Positions 1-7,667 of a DNA stretch of 11,019 nucleotides are shown in pieces (position 1 is the first letter of the stretch; every line of letters begins with the position of its first letter). The position numbers and the translations under genes were made by a program. The notes beneath the pieces were generated by a model, which saw only the letters and a program-made list of their open reading frames with translations, searched no databases and was not told where the DNA came from. Location of the stretch: NCBI RefSeq assembly GCF_006345805.1, contig NW_021827078.1, forward strand, positions 1-11,019. The letters are read 5' to 3'. The stretch comes from Octopus sinensis (taxonomy: Eukaryota).

Positions 1-103
1 GCTAAAATAAAGACACTTGTCCAAGGGCTCCACGCAGTGGGAATGAACCCCGGAACCATGTGGTTGGGAAGCAAGCTTCTTACCACACAGCCACACTTGC
101 ACT
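1..103 (-). mobile_element. SINE family A, 5' head fragment (tRNA-like head + CORE-like segment), cut by window edge
   Basis: Reverse complement reads GTGGCTGTGTGGTAAGAAGCTTGCTTCCCAACCACATGGTTCCGGGGTTCATTCCCACTGCGTGGAGCCCTTGGACAAGTGTC, with A-box-like and B-box-like motifs; homologous to the full copies at 6933-7352 and 9158-9556. Confidence 0.85.
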
Positions 104-132
104 CTATGTTGAATCTAGGAGGATTAAAATGT

Positions 133-363
133 TCAACTCTTTAGCATTTAACCAGTCATAACTGGCCACAATATTCTAGGATTTTTATGCTAAAACTGAC
201 CAGGTCCTACATCTCACATCTCCCCTATAATGTCATCCTATAAATATACAATCACATCATTGAAATCTCGAGCTACAAGACAATGCAGGATTAATTTAAT
301 TTTAAAGCTTTTGCGAATAAAGAGCCATTACTTTTGATAGAATATTTGAATGCTAAAGACTAA
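133..363 (+). mobile_element. Degenerate MITE, piggyBac-like (copy 1)
   Basis: Terminal inverted repeat core CTTTAGCATT (139-148) / AATGCTAAAG (349-358) with decayed TTAA-like ends; interior is homologous to the inverted copy at 369-472 plus 1229-1348. The superfamily call is inferred from the TTAA-CCC-like termini. Confidence 0.6.
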
Positions 364-368
364 ACAAT

Positions 369-472
369 TTAACGAGTAAACGGTTCAAATGTGATCGTTA
401 TTTTGCTCAAATTGTTTTTAATTAATCATGTGTTATCTTGAAGCTTGGAAAGTTTCAGTGATGTGATTTGAT
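369..472 (-). mobile_element. MITE copy 2, one half (interrupted by SINE A)
   Basis: 415-469 (TTTAATTAATCATGTGTTATCTTGAAGCTTGGAAAGTTTCAGTGATGTGATT) is the reverse complement of ~250-302 in copy 1 (AATCACATCATTGAAATCTCGAGCTACAAGACAATGCAGGATTAATTTAA). Confidence 0.65.
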
Positions 473-562
473 CTTTTTTATTGTTTCAATCATTTGACTG
501 TGCCATGCTGGTGCACTGCAATAAAGGGGTCTTTTTTTATCAAAGAAATCAACCTCAGAACT
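473..562 (-). mobile_element. SINE family A, 3' tail portion of an interrupted copy
   Basis: TTGTTTCAATCATTTGACTGTGCCATGCTGGTGCACTGC...AAATCAACCTCAGAACT matches the tails at 8212-8280 and 9177-9244. Confidence 0.75.
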
Positions 563-887
563 CAGTGTTTTAAAATCTGGTTTTGCTCCCGTTAATGGGT
601 GGTCTAATAATCTACCTCAGTACCATAGCAACCGAGGTAGGCAGGTGCAGCCCACCCCAACCTTTGGGCTGGCTTTTGCCCATTCTCCTCTGCTATCATG
701 AAGCTTTTTTGGTGTTGGATTTTCTGTGGGGAGCATGCCCTTGCTTACTCCCAACCTCAGTTTCTAGGCATGTGTGGTCTTGAGACCAAGGGCCTCTACC
801 ATGATTGTTAAGAAATGTGGTGGAAAACTAGCTCAGGAAGGCAGGGATGCTACACCCTGAAACCCCTTTTGGAGCTCCACTACCTCC
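563..887 (-). mobile_element. ~325-bp insertion inside SINE A; possible RTE-related LINE 5'UTR fragment
   Basis: Non-SINE, GC-richer segment flanked by the direct repeat CAGAACT (556-562, 888-894). The minus strand contains GGTTGGGAGTAAGCAAGGGCATGC, resembling GGTTGGCGTTAGGAAGGGCCATCC in the RTE copy at 5053-5076. Identity is inferred, not established. Confidence 0.4.
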
Positions 888-1222
888 CAGAACTTATTCT
901 TTGTAAGCCTAGTACTTACTCTATCAGTCTCTTTTGCCAAACTGCTAAGTTATGGGGACATAAACACACCAACAAGGGTTGTCAAGTGATGGTGGTGGTG
1001 GACAAACATAGACACAGACACACACACACACACAAATATATGTATATATATATATATACAACAGGCTTCTTTCAGTTTCCGTCTACCAAATCCACTCACA
1101 AGGCTTTGATCAGCTTGAGGCTATAGCAGAAGATACTTGCCCAAGGTTCCACGCAGTGGGACTGAACCCAGAACCATGCGGTTGAGAAGTAAGTTTCTTA
1201 CCACACAGCCACAGCTGTGCCT
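888..1222 (-). mobile_element. SINE family A, remainder of the interrupted copy
   Basis: Continues the consensus (ACTTATTCTTTGTAAGCCTAGTACT...), includes the internal (CA)n/(TA)n tract at ~1008-1059, and ends at the head ...ACCACACAGCCACAGCTGTGCCT. Confidence 0.9.
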
Positions 1223-1228
1223 AGTAGC

Positions 1229-1348
1229 TTATATTTAGAATGACATTGTAGGTTAGGTGTGAGGGGCCAGATCCAGCCAGCTTGAACCATCCACCATACA
1301 AGAAGAGTATTTGGGCTGGATATGGCAGGTTTAAAGTGCTAAAAGGTC
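1229..1348 (-). mobile_element. MITE copy 2, other half
   Basis: Reverse complement gives ACCTTTTAGCACTTTAAACCTGCCATATCCAGCCCAAATACT...CTCACACCTAACCTACAATGTCATTCTAAATATA, homologous to 135-248 of copy 1 including the TIR core. Confidence 0.7.
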
Positions 1349-1413
1349 TGAAATACAGTTTGTCTTGGAATTTCGATTTTAGACACAGCTTCTGTCACTA
1401 GCAAACCCAAATG

Positions 1414-1479
1414 CACAAACACACACACACTCACACTCATACACACACCCACATGCACACACACACAGACACACACACA
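1414..1479. repeat. (CA)n microsatellite, imperfect
   Basis: Seen directly. Confidence 0.95.
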
Positions 1480-2080
1480 TTCTCTCTCTCTTCCTCTCTC
1501 TCTTTCTTGCTCTTTGTTTGCTCCTCCCCATCTCTCTTTCTCTCTCTTTGCTGCCCTCTCTCTCGTCTCTCTCGTATTTCTCTCTCCTCTTTTTCCTCAC
1601 TTTGTCTCTCTACTCTTCTTTCTTTCTATTTCTCTCCCCCTCTTGCTCTTTGTCTCTCTTCCCTCTCCTCCTCTCTTTCTTTTTTCCTGCTCTCTTTCTC
1701 TGTTTTTTCTTCCCTCTCTCTCAATCTCTGTCTCTTTGTCTCTCTCCCCGCTCTCTTTCTCTTGCTCTTTGTCTTTCTCGTTCCCTCTCTCTTTTTCTCT
1801 CCTCTCTCCTCCCCTCCCCTCTCTCCTTTCTTTCTTCCTCCCTCTTACCCTCCCTCTTTCTTCTCCTTCTCCTCCCTCCTCTCCTTCTTTCTCCTCCCTC
1901 TCTCTCCTTTCTTCCTCCTCCCCTTTCTCCTTTCTCCCTCCCCCTTTCTCTCCTTCTCCCTCTTTCTTCTTTCTTTCTCTCCTCCCCCCCTCTCTCCTCT
2001 CTTCTCTCCTCTCTCTATCCCCTTCTCCTTTCTTTCTCCTCCCTCTATCTCCTTTCGTTCCCCTGCTCTCCTTTCTCTCT
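1480..2080. repeat. ~600-bp polypyrimidine / (CT)n-derived low-complexity tract
   Basis: Almost exclusively C and T on the + strand; accounts for the Leu/Ser/Phe/Pro and Arg/Glu/Gly/Lys pseudo-ORFs. Confidence 0.95.
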
Positions 2081-2339
2081 CCAACACCAGCCATCCCTGC
2101 TGTTTATGTTGCATTATAAAAAAAATTTCCCCATTTTTTTCCATGAACTGGAATCTCATAGAGTTTTAGGCTGAAGCATTGAGTACTTTCAGAGCTTTTA
2201 ACACTCACTCTAACCATCGCATGATTGCTCTTAGTCTCATCATGTGGCTTTTCCGTTTATTTTTCTTTTTTCCACCATGTCTGCAGTTTGTGTTTTGCAA
2301 TCTTCCAGTCTTGTTCTGTCAATCAATACTCAATCCTGA

Positions 2340-2571
2340 CATTGTCGTCATCACCATCAACATCAGCATCATTGTCGTCGTCATCACCATCACCATCTTC
2401 ATCGTTGTTGTCATCACCACCATCATTATCATCAGTGTCAGCATCATCATTTTCATCATCATATTTCAACATTATGATCGTCGTCGTCATCACCACCATC
2501 ATTATCGTCAGCGTCAGCATCATCATTTTCATCATCAACACTGCCACCATCGTCAGCATCATGCTCATCAT
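2340..2571. repeat. Degenerate trinucleotide repeat (CAT/CGT/CAC)n
   Basis: Runs of CATCAT, CGTCGT and CACCAT; accounts for the poly-His/Ile/Ser/Asp pseudo-ORFs. Confidence 0.92.
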
Positions 2572-2615
2572 TTTATGTTGTAATCAATTTTCAAACCTGT
2601 GCTTCCAAGTGTCTA

Positions 2616-2710
2616 GTGTGTGTATGTGTATATTTATATATATGTGTCTGTGTGTGTGATGTATGTATATACATGTATATATATATATATTTGTGTGTGT
2701 ATGTATGTAT

Positions 2711-2750
<40 letters not shown>

Positions 2751-2910
2751 GTGTGTGTGTATGTATGTATATACATGTATATATATATTTGGTGTGTGTG
2801 TGTGTGTGTGTATGTATATACATGTATATATATATTTGTGTGTGTGTATGTATGTATATATATAAATATTTGTGTGTATGTGTGTGTGTGTATTATATAT
2901 GTATGTATGT
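2616..2910. repeat. Compound (TA)n/(TG)n microsatellite with higher-order periodicity
   Basis: Unit ATGTATGTATATACATGTA(TA)nTTT(GT)n recurs near 2660, 2701, 2761, 2811 and, degenerate, 2848. Confidence 0.92.
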
Positions 2911-2924
2911 AACTGCATGTGAAC

Positions 2925-3127
2925 TGTTGATGATTTTTCCTCCTTCTTTCTCCTTTCCCTTTGGACCTTCCTATTTTTCCTGTTTCTGACAAAGAGCTAT
3001 GCTCGAAATGTAAAACAACAACTCTCTTCTTTCTCTGAGCGTCATATTAATAGATTGCTTGTGCTACGTCCTAACATTTGATTTGTTTGTGTTTTCCTTT
3101 TTCTTTTTTTCTGTTTTTTTAATTGAC
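2925..3127 (+). mobile_element. Short Penelope-like/retrozyme-like element carrying a hammerhead motif (copy 1)
   Basis: Pyrimidine-rich leader, hammerhead motif, then CTGAGCGTCATATTAATA...CATTTGATTTGTTTGT, homologous to the reverse complement of 7972-8160. Microsatellites on both flanks; boundaries approximate. Confidence 0.6.
2981..3017 (+). ncRNA. Minimal type I hammerhead ribozyme motif, degenerate (probably inactive)
   Basis: UGUUU-CUGACAA-A-GAGC-UAU-GCUC-GAAA-UG-UA/AAACA: stem I 2981-2985 pairs with 3013-3017 and stem II is GAGC/GCUC. Two departures from consensus (G8A, ACGU>AUGU) are both CpG-decay-type changes. Confidence 0.6.
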
Positions 3128-3172
3128 TATATATACACATACATGTATATATATATATACATATCTATATAT
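3128..3172. repeat. (TA)n-rich microsatellite
   Basis: Seen directly. Confidence 0.9.
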
Positions 3173-3711
3173 AAAACTGAAATGCGTTTTTACTGCTTGG
3201 ATTGCTTTCAATCGCTTTTACCGCTTGGAGCGTCCGATTCGCTCCAAAATTTACAGGGAAATGTAGAATGAGGTGACGATGCCAGTGGGCTACCTTAGAA
3301 ATCCCTATCTTAAAAGGTGTGGTTGCTAGGGACCATCTTCCTCACTCACGCTATTTCCTATATTACCCTCTCACTCCTCTTCAGTTAGTCCACTCCCGTT
3401 ATTAATGTAAGAACATTTTCACTCATTCTATCTCTTAGCTTCCCATAATTTTACTCATGTATCTCTATAAGAGAAACAATTCCATCGCCACAGCAGCATT
3501 CTATTGTCTACCTGTCAACGCGCCCATCGACCAAATACAAACAGAACACACCAACGAGCGTTTATATACATGTGTGTGTGGTGGTGTGTTCTATATATAA
3601 ATATGTATATATAATGTATATATACAAAGTGTATATATCTGTATTTATGTATATTAAACTTTTTAATACTTTTTGATAGTTACGTAAAGGGAACTGGTTG
3701 CTTCTTTAAAC

Positions 3712-3903
3712 TTTACGGGTGGATGCTCTTCCTAACGCCAACCACTCTGTGAGCGTAGTGGGTGCTTTTTCGTGCCGCCGGCACAGGTGCCAAGGGGGCT
3801 GGCAGTGGCCACGATCGGTTGGTGCTTTTTACGTGCCACCAGCACAGAAGCCAGTCAAGGCAGCGCTGCATTCCGCCACGTTCGGATGGTGCTTTTTACA
3901 TGC
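3712..3903 (-). mobile_element. RTE-clade LINE 3'UTR fragment
   Basis: Reverse complement aligns along its length to ~4890-5084 of the RTE copy (CTTCCTAACGCCAACCACTC, three GTGCTTTTT(A)CRTGC motifs). Confidence 0.85.
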
Positions 3904-3970
3904 TGAAAGGAAGCAATAGAAAGTAACAACCACACTCTTACCCCCGTGTAGAGCGGGTCACCTTCAGCTA

Positions 3971-4002
3971 GTATATATATATATATATAATATATATATA
4001 TA
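3971..4002. repeat. (TA)n microsatellite at the 5' flank of the RTE insertion
   Basis: Seen directly; another TA run follows the element's tail at 5205-5217. Confidence 0.9.
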
Positions 4003-4008
4003 TGTCAG

Positions 4009-4323
4009 TGTAATGTCAGTGTACATACTCGACAGAGCGTTAGCACCTTGAGAGAAATGTTGTACCTAAGAGGCATCAGTTGGGTGTGCAAGAGAGACGA
4101 TTGCGCTGGTATGGTCATGTGGCGAGAATGGATGAAGATAGGTGTGTGAGAAAGTGCCAATCCTTAGCAGTTGAGGGAACCCGTGGAAGAGGTAGACCCA
4201 GGAAAACCTGGGACGAGGTGGTGAGCACGACCTTCGAACTTTAGGCCTCACTGAGGAAATGGACCAGCGACCCGAGACCTTTGGAAATATTCTGTACGTG
4301 AGAAGACCAGGCAGGACAAGTGA
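4009..4323 (+). pseudogene. Disrupted C-terminal region of the RTE reverse-transcriptase ORF (missed by the ORF track)
   Basis: CNVSVHTRQSVSTLREMLYLRGIS /fs/ GVQERRLRWYGHVARMDEDRCVRKCQSLAVEGTRGRGRPRKTWDEVV /fs/ HDLRTLGLTEEM /fs/ ...DLWKYSVREKTRQDK*. RLRWxGHVxR and GxRxRGRPxxxW are RTE-clade C-terminal signatures. Confidence 0.88.
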
Positions 4324-4413
4324 GCCCAGCCCACTTATATGAATGCCTTTCCTCCCTTGACACAAAGACCTGTTGTGTGAGGCAAGCGAAGTCGATATAG
4401 AACCTCATCCGAC

Positions 4414-4984
4414 GACAGGCACCCATGCTTGCGAAGACATGTTGGGGCAAGCGAAATCGAAATCGAAGTCAAAATCGAATTGAACCAGCCAGGATCCCTG
4501 GTCTGGTGGTACGTAAAAAGCACTATCCGACTCGTGGCCGATGCCAGCGCCGCCTCCACTGGCTTCTGTGCCGGTGGCACGTAAATACACCAATCTGACC
4601 GTACGACAGGCACCCATGCCAACCCCCTTGCTTGCGAAGACATGTGGGGCAAGCGAAATCGAAAGAACCAGCCACCCAGCCAGGTTCCCTGGTCTGGTGG
4701 ACGTAAAAAGCACTATCCGACTCGTGGCCGATGCCAGTGCCGCCCCACTGGCTTCCGTGCCGGTGGCACGTAAATACACCAATCTGACCGTACAACAGGC
4801 ACCCATGCCAACCCCCTTGCTTGCGAAGACATGTTGGGGCAAGCACAAATCGAAATCGAATTGAACCAGCAGGATCCCTGGTCTGGTGGTACGTAAAAAG
4901 CACCATCCGACTCGTAGCTGATGCCAGACACCGCCTCGTCTGGCTTCTGTGCCGGTGGCACATAAAATACACCAATCCGACCGT
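4414..4984 (+). repeat. ~190-bp tandem repeat x3 inside the RTE 3'UTR
   Basis: Units start at 4414, 4605 and 4794 (ACAGGCACCCATGC...GCTTGCGAAGACATGT); each contains two ~65-bp subrepeats. Confidence 0.92.
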
Positions 4985-5218
4985 GGCCGTGCCAGCCTCA
5001 CCTGGCACCTGTGCAGGTGGCACGTAAAAAGCACCCACTACACTCACGGAGTGGTTGGCGTTAGGAAGGGCCATCCACTGTAGAAACACTGCCAGATAAG
5101 ACTGGAGCCTGGTGCAGCCTTCTGGCTTCCCAGATCCCCGGTCGAACCGTCCAACCCATGCTAGCATGGAGAACGGACGTTAAACGACGATGATGATGAT
5201 GATGATATATATATATAA

Positions 5219-5497
5219 TCGACTCTCCCGTCGTTAGACGACATATGAGGTTTCAACGATTTGTTAGCAAACGAACAACCACGCGGATGATTTGTTTATA
5301 GTGATCAAATGTTTGTGTAGACATAAGCTCACTCCCTCCATCAAATCAACATTACCTGTACAGGTGCAACAGGTGACACATGTCAGATGACAAATTGATT
5401 GCAGAGCAACATGAAATGAAGTGCTTTGCTCTAGAGCAGAACGCAACACCCGGTCGGGGAATTGAACCCACGATCTTGCACTGCACCATACACCTTT
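5219..5497 (-). mobile_element. SINE family B, head partly lost
   Basis: Reverse complement has the B-box GGGTTCAATTCCC and body motifs GATTTGATGGA and CATTTGATCACTATAAACAAATC shared with 6489-6783. Confidence 0.82.
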
Positions 5498-5558
5498 ACA
5501 CACACACACACAGATATATATATATATATATAATTATATATATATATATATGCACACA
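5498..5558. repeat. (CA)n/(TA)n microsatellite
   Basis: Seen directly. Confidence 0.9.
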
Positions 5559-5559
5559 T

Positions 5560-5745
5560 GCATAGGCATGGCTGTGTTGTAAGGTGCTTCCTACCCAACC
5601 ATATGGTCCTGGGTTCAGTCCCACTGTGTGGCACCTTGGGCAAGTGTCTTCTGCTATAGCCTCAAGCTAATCAAAGCCTTGTGAGAGGATTTGGTAGATG
5701 GAAACTGAAAGAAGCCTGTCGTATACGCACACGTGTGTGTGTGTT
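5560..5745 (+). mobile_element. SINE family A, 5' half ending at the internal microsatellite
   Basis: TGGCTGTGTTGTAAG A-box-like motif, GGGTTCAGTCCC B-box-like motif, CORE-like GTGGCACCTTGGGCAAGTGTCTT, then GGAAACTGAAAGAAGCC and (GT)n; the 3' half is absent. Confidence 0.88.
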
Positions 5746-5927
5746 ATGTAGACAGTGTTAAAATGCAACCTCTATCTTCTTGAAGCACATGCTTATTCTA
5801 GTGTTCCAAACCTGTACGTAGATGTCATTTGTCTGTGGTATGCATAGGACTTGAGAATTCTGGCAAATATTCTTTTCCGGAGTTATTATGAATTAAGACA
5901 AAATTTTCCAGTTTCTGTTTTCAGATA

Positions 5928-6439
5928 CCGCAAATCCTTGAGTATAATCCGCATTTTCCCCCAAAAATTTAAAGGTCAAAATCCCTAGTGAGTCCTATAT
6001 TCAAAGTTAAAAATGAAAATTATTTTCTAAGCAATGTCCGAGTCTCTATTTGCTGTCCAGCAATGTTTATTCAGACGCATTTTGTGATGTCGGGCGCGAA
6101 AATTCCTTAAGCTAAGCCTGAAAGCAATGAAGTCATAAAAGAATCATCCATAACTTGCAGTAAGCAACATTTATTGAACGTTATTACTGTTATTTCTTTA
6201 TTTTCTGCAAATAAAATGCACAAAATAGCTACACATTTGCATTATGTTATATAGACAATAATAATAAAGGACGTTACAGTATACATTTTTACAAACCAAG
6301 GACGTTATATAGACCTCCTTAACTCAAGTTAGAGAAGGGGTGCGTATTATACACAAGATTTAAGTTTTTCAGAGGTACAGCCCCTAAAAAATCCCCTGCA
6401 TATCATACTCAAGAGGGAACTATTCTCAAGGATTTATGG
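5928..6439. mobile_element. Non-autonomous Tc1/mariner-pogo (Tc2-like) DNA transposon / MITE, 512 bp
   Basis: Imperfect 25-bp TIRs: 5928-5952 CCGCAAATCCTTGAGTATAATCCGC vs revcomp of 6415-6439 CCATAAATCCTTGAGAATAGTTCCC (19/25). TA immediately 5' (5926-5927); CCGTA-like termini resemble Tc2-group elements; no ORF. Confidence 0.78.
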
Positions 6440-6445
6440 TGTGTG

Positions 6446-6480
<35 letters not shown>

Positions 6481-6488
6481 GTGTGTGT
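6440..6488. repeat. (TA)n(TG)n microsatellite
   Basis: Seen directly. Confidence 0.9.
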
Positions 6489-6783
6489 GAGGTCACATGG
6501 CTTAGTGGTTAGGGTGTTGTGCTCGCGATTGCTGGATCGTGATTTCAATTCCTAGACCTGGTAGTGCATCGTGTTCTTGGGCAAAACAGGTTGTATTAGA
6601 TTGCTCTGCGATCACTTCAGCACGTGACACATGGCACACAGTGCACCTGTTCGGACAGCATCGATTTGATGGACAGATTGAGCTAATGTGCCACTCAGAC
6701 ATTTGATCACTATAAACAAATCTTTTGTGCAGGTCGTTTGGCAAAATGCTTAACGCTCATACGTCATCTTTGACAGGAGAGTG
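6489..6783 (+). mobile_element. SINE family B, near full length
   Basis: A-box TGGCTTAGTGG (6498-6508), decayed B-box near 6541-6552, CORE-like GTGTTCTTGGGCAAAAC, body homologous to the reverse complement of 5219-5497. Confidence 0.82.
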
Positions 6784-6785
6784 CC

Positions 6786-6931
6786 TCACACACACATCTG
6801 TATGTGTGTGTGTATATATATATATATACATACATGCACACGTGTGTGTGTGTATATGTATATATATTTATATATGTGTATATATACATGTATGTGTGTG
6901 AGTGTAATATATATATATATATATATATATT
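6786..6931. repeat. Compound (CA)n/(TG)n/(TA)n microsatellite
   Basis: Seen directly. Confidence 0.92.
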
Positions 6932-6932
6932 T

Positions 6933-7352
6933 AGGCACAAGAGTGGGTGTGGGGTAAGTAGCTTGTCTTACCAACCACATGTTTCCAGGTTCAGTCCCAC
7001 TGCATGGCACCTTGGGCAAATGCTTTCTACTATAGCCTCGGTCCAACCAAAGCCTTGTTAGTGGATTTGGTAGACGGAAACTGAAAGAAGCCCGTAGTAT
7101 ATATATATATATGTGTGTGTGTGTGTTTGCATGTTTGTATGCCTGTGCTTGTCTCCCTATCTTTGCTTGACAACCGGTGTTGGTGTGTTTATGTCCGTGT
7201 AACTAAGCGGTTCGGCAAAACAGACTGATAGAATAAGCACTAGGCTTACAAAGAATAAGTACTGGGGTTGATTTGTTCGACTAAAGGCAGTGCTCCAGCA
7301 TGTCCGCAGTCAAAATGACTCAAACAATAAAAGGAAAAAAGGAAAAAGAAAA
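6933..7352 (+). mobile_element. SINE family A, full length (tRNA-like head, CORE-like segment, internal microsatellite, 3' domain, A-rich tail)
   Basis: Colinear with the reverse complements of 8183-8610 and 9158-9556; tail CAGTCAAAATGACTCAAACAATAAAAGG. tRNA-derived octopus SINEs (OK, OR1, OR2) are described in the literature, but I cannot assign the family without consensus sequences. Confidence 0.92.
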
Positions 7353-7506
7353 TATATATATACTATATATATATATATTATTATATCTGTAAATGTAATA
7401 TGTGACAATTTACCGAATAATTGTCACATATTACATTTACAGATAAATTCCTCCATTTACATAATATCGAGGTCTCTTTCTTTCTTTTGTTATCTTACCA
7501 TTTTCC

Positions 7507-7510
<4 letters not shown>

Positions 7511-7550
<40 letters not shown>

Positions 7551-7565
7551 ATATATGTATGTATA
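7511..7565. repeat. (TA)n microsatellite
   Basis: Seen directly. Confidence 0.95.
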
Positions 7566-7667
7566 TCAAACAAGACACAACAGGAAATTGGAAATGTTTT
7601 TGGTATTATATAATCCCTCAATATATAATTTCTTTGTCTGAAGAACTTCTGATAAGATGTTCCTTAC

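Larger units (their letters stand above)
4009..5206 (+). mobile_element. 5'-truncated RTE-clade non-LTR retrotransposon (ORF end, long 3'UTR, (GAT)n tail)
   Basis: Frameshifted ORF C-terminus, stop TGA at 4321-4323, repeat-expanded 3'UTR, terminal stem-loop at 5148-5179 and ACGACGATGATGATGATGAT tail. Short tandem-repeat tails are typical of RTE elements. Confidence 0.9.

Noticed and set aside
583-783. 66-aa ORF
   Set aside because: Lies within the inserted repeat-like segment, starts at a non-ATG codon and has no recognisable motif.
1379-2174. Six ORFs of 73-252 aa on both strands
   Set aside because: Translations of (CA)n and the C/T tract, which lack stop codons by composition; no protein-like complexity.
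2179-2659. His/Ile/Ser/Asp-rich ORFs, including an acidic poly-Asp peptide
   Set aside because: Open in several frames on both strands because of the (CAT/CGT)n repeat; no splice or homology support.
2584-2992. YIYI/CVCV/HTHT ORFs
   Set aside because: Pure dinucleotide-repeat translations; the same applies to similar ORFs near 6786-7061, 7290-7696, 7938-8248 and 8310-8945.
4414-5040. CRISPR-like repeat/spacer appearance
   Set aside because: The intervening sequences are themselves repeated rather than unique spacers, the context is eukaryotic, and no cas genes are present.
4405-5167. 209- and 214-aa antisense ORFs with internal repeats
   Set aside because: They lie in the GC-richer RTE 3'UTR tandem array; unit lengths near a multiple of three propagate a stop-free frame; no known domain.
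7638-7660. CTGAAGA/CTGATAA as a third hammerhead core
   Set aside because: No stem II followed by GAAA and no stem I pairing.
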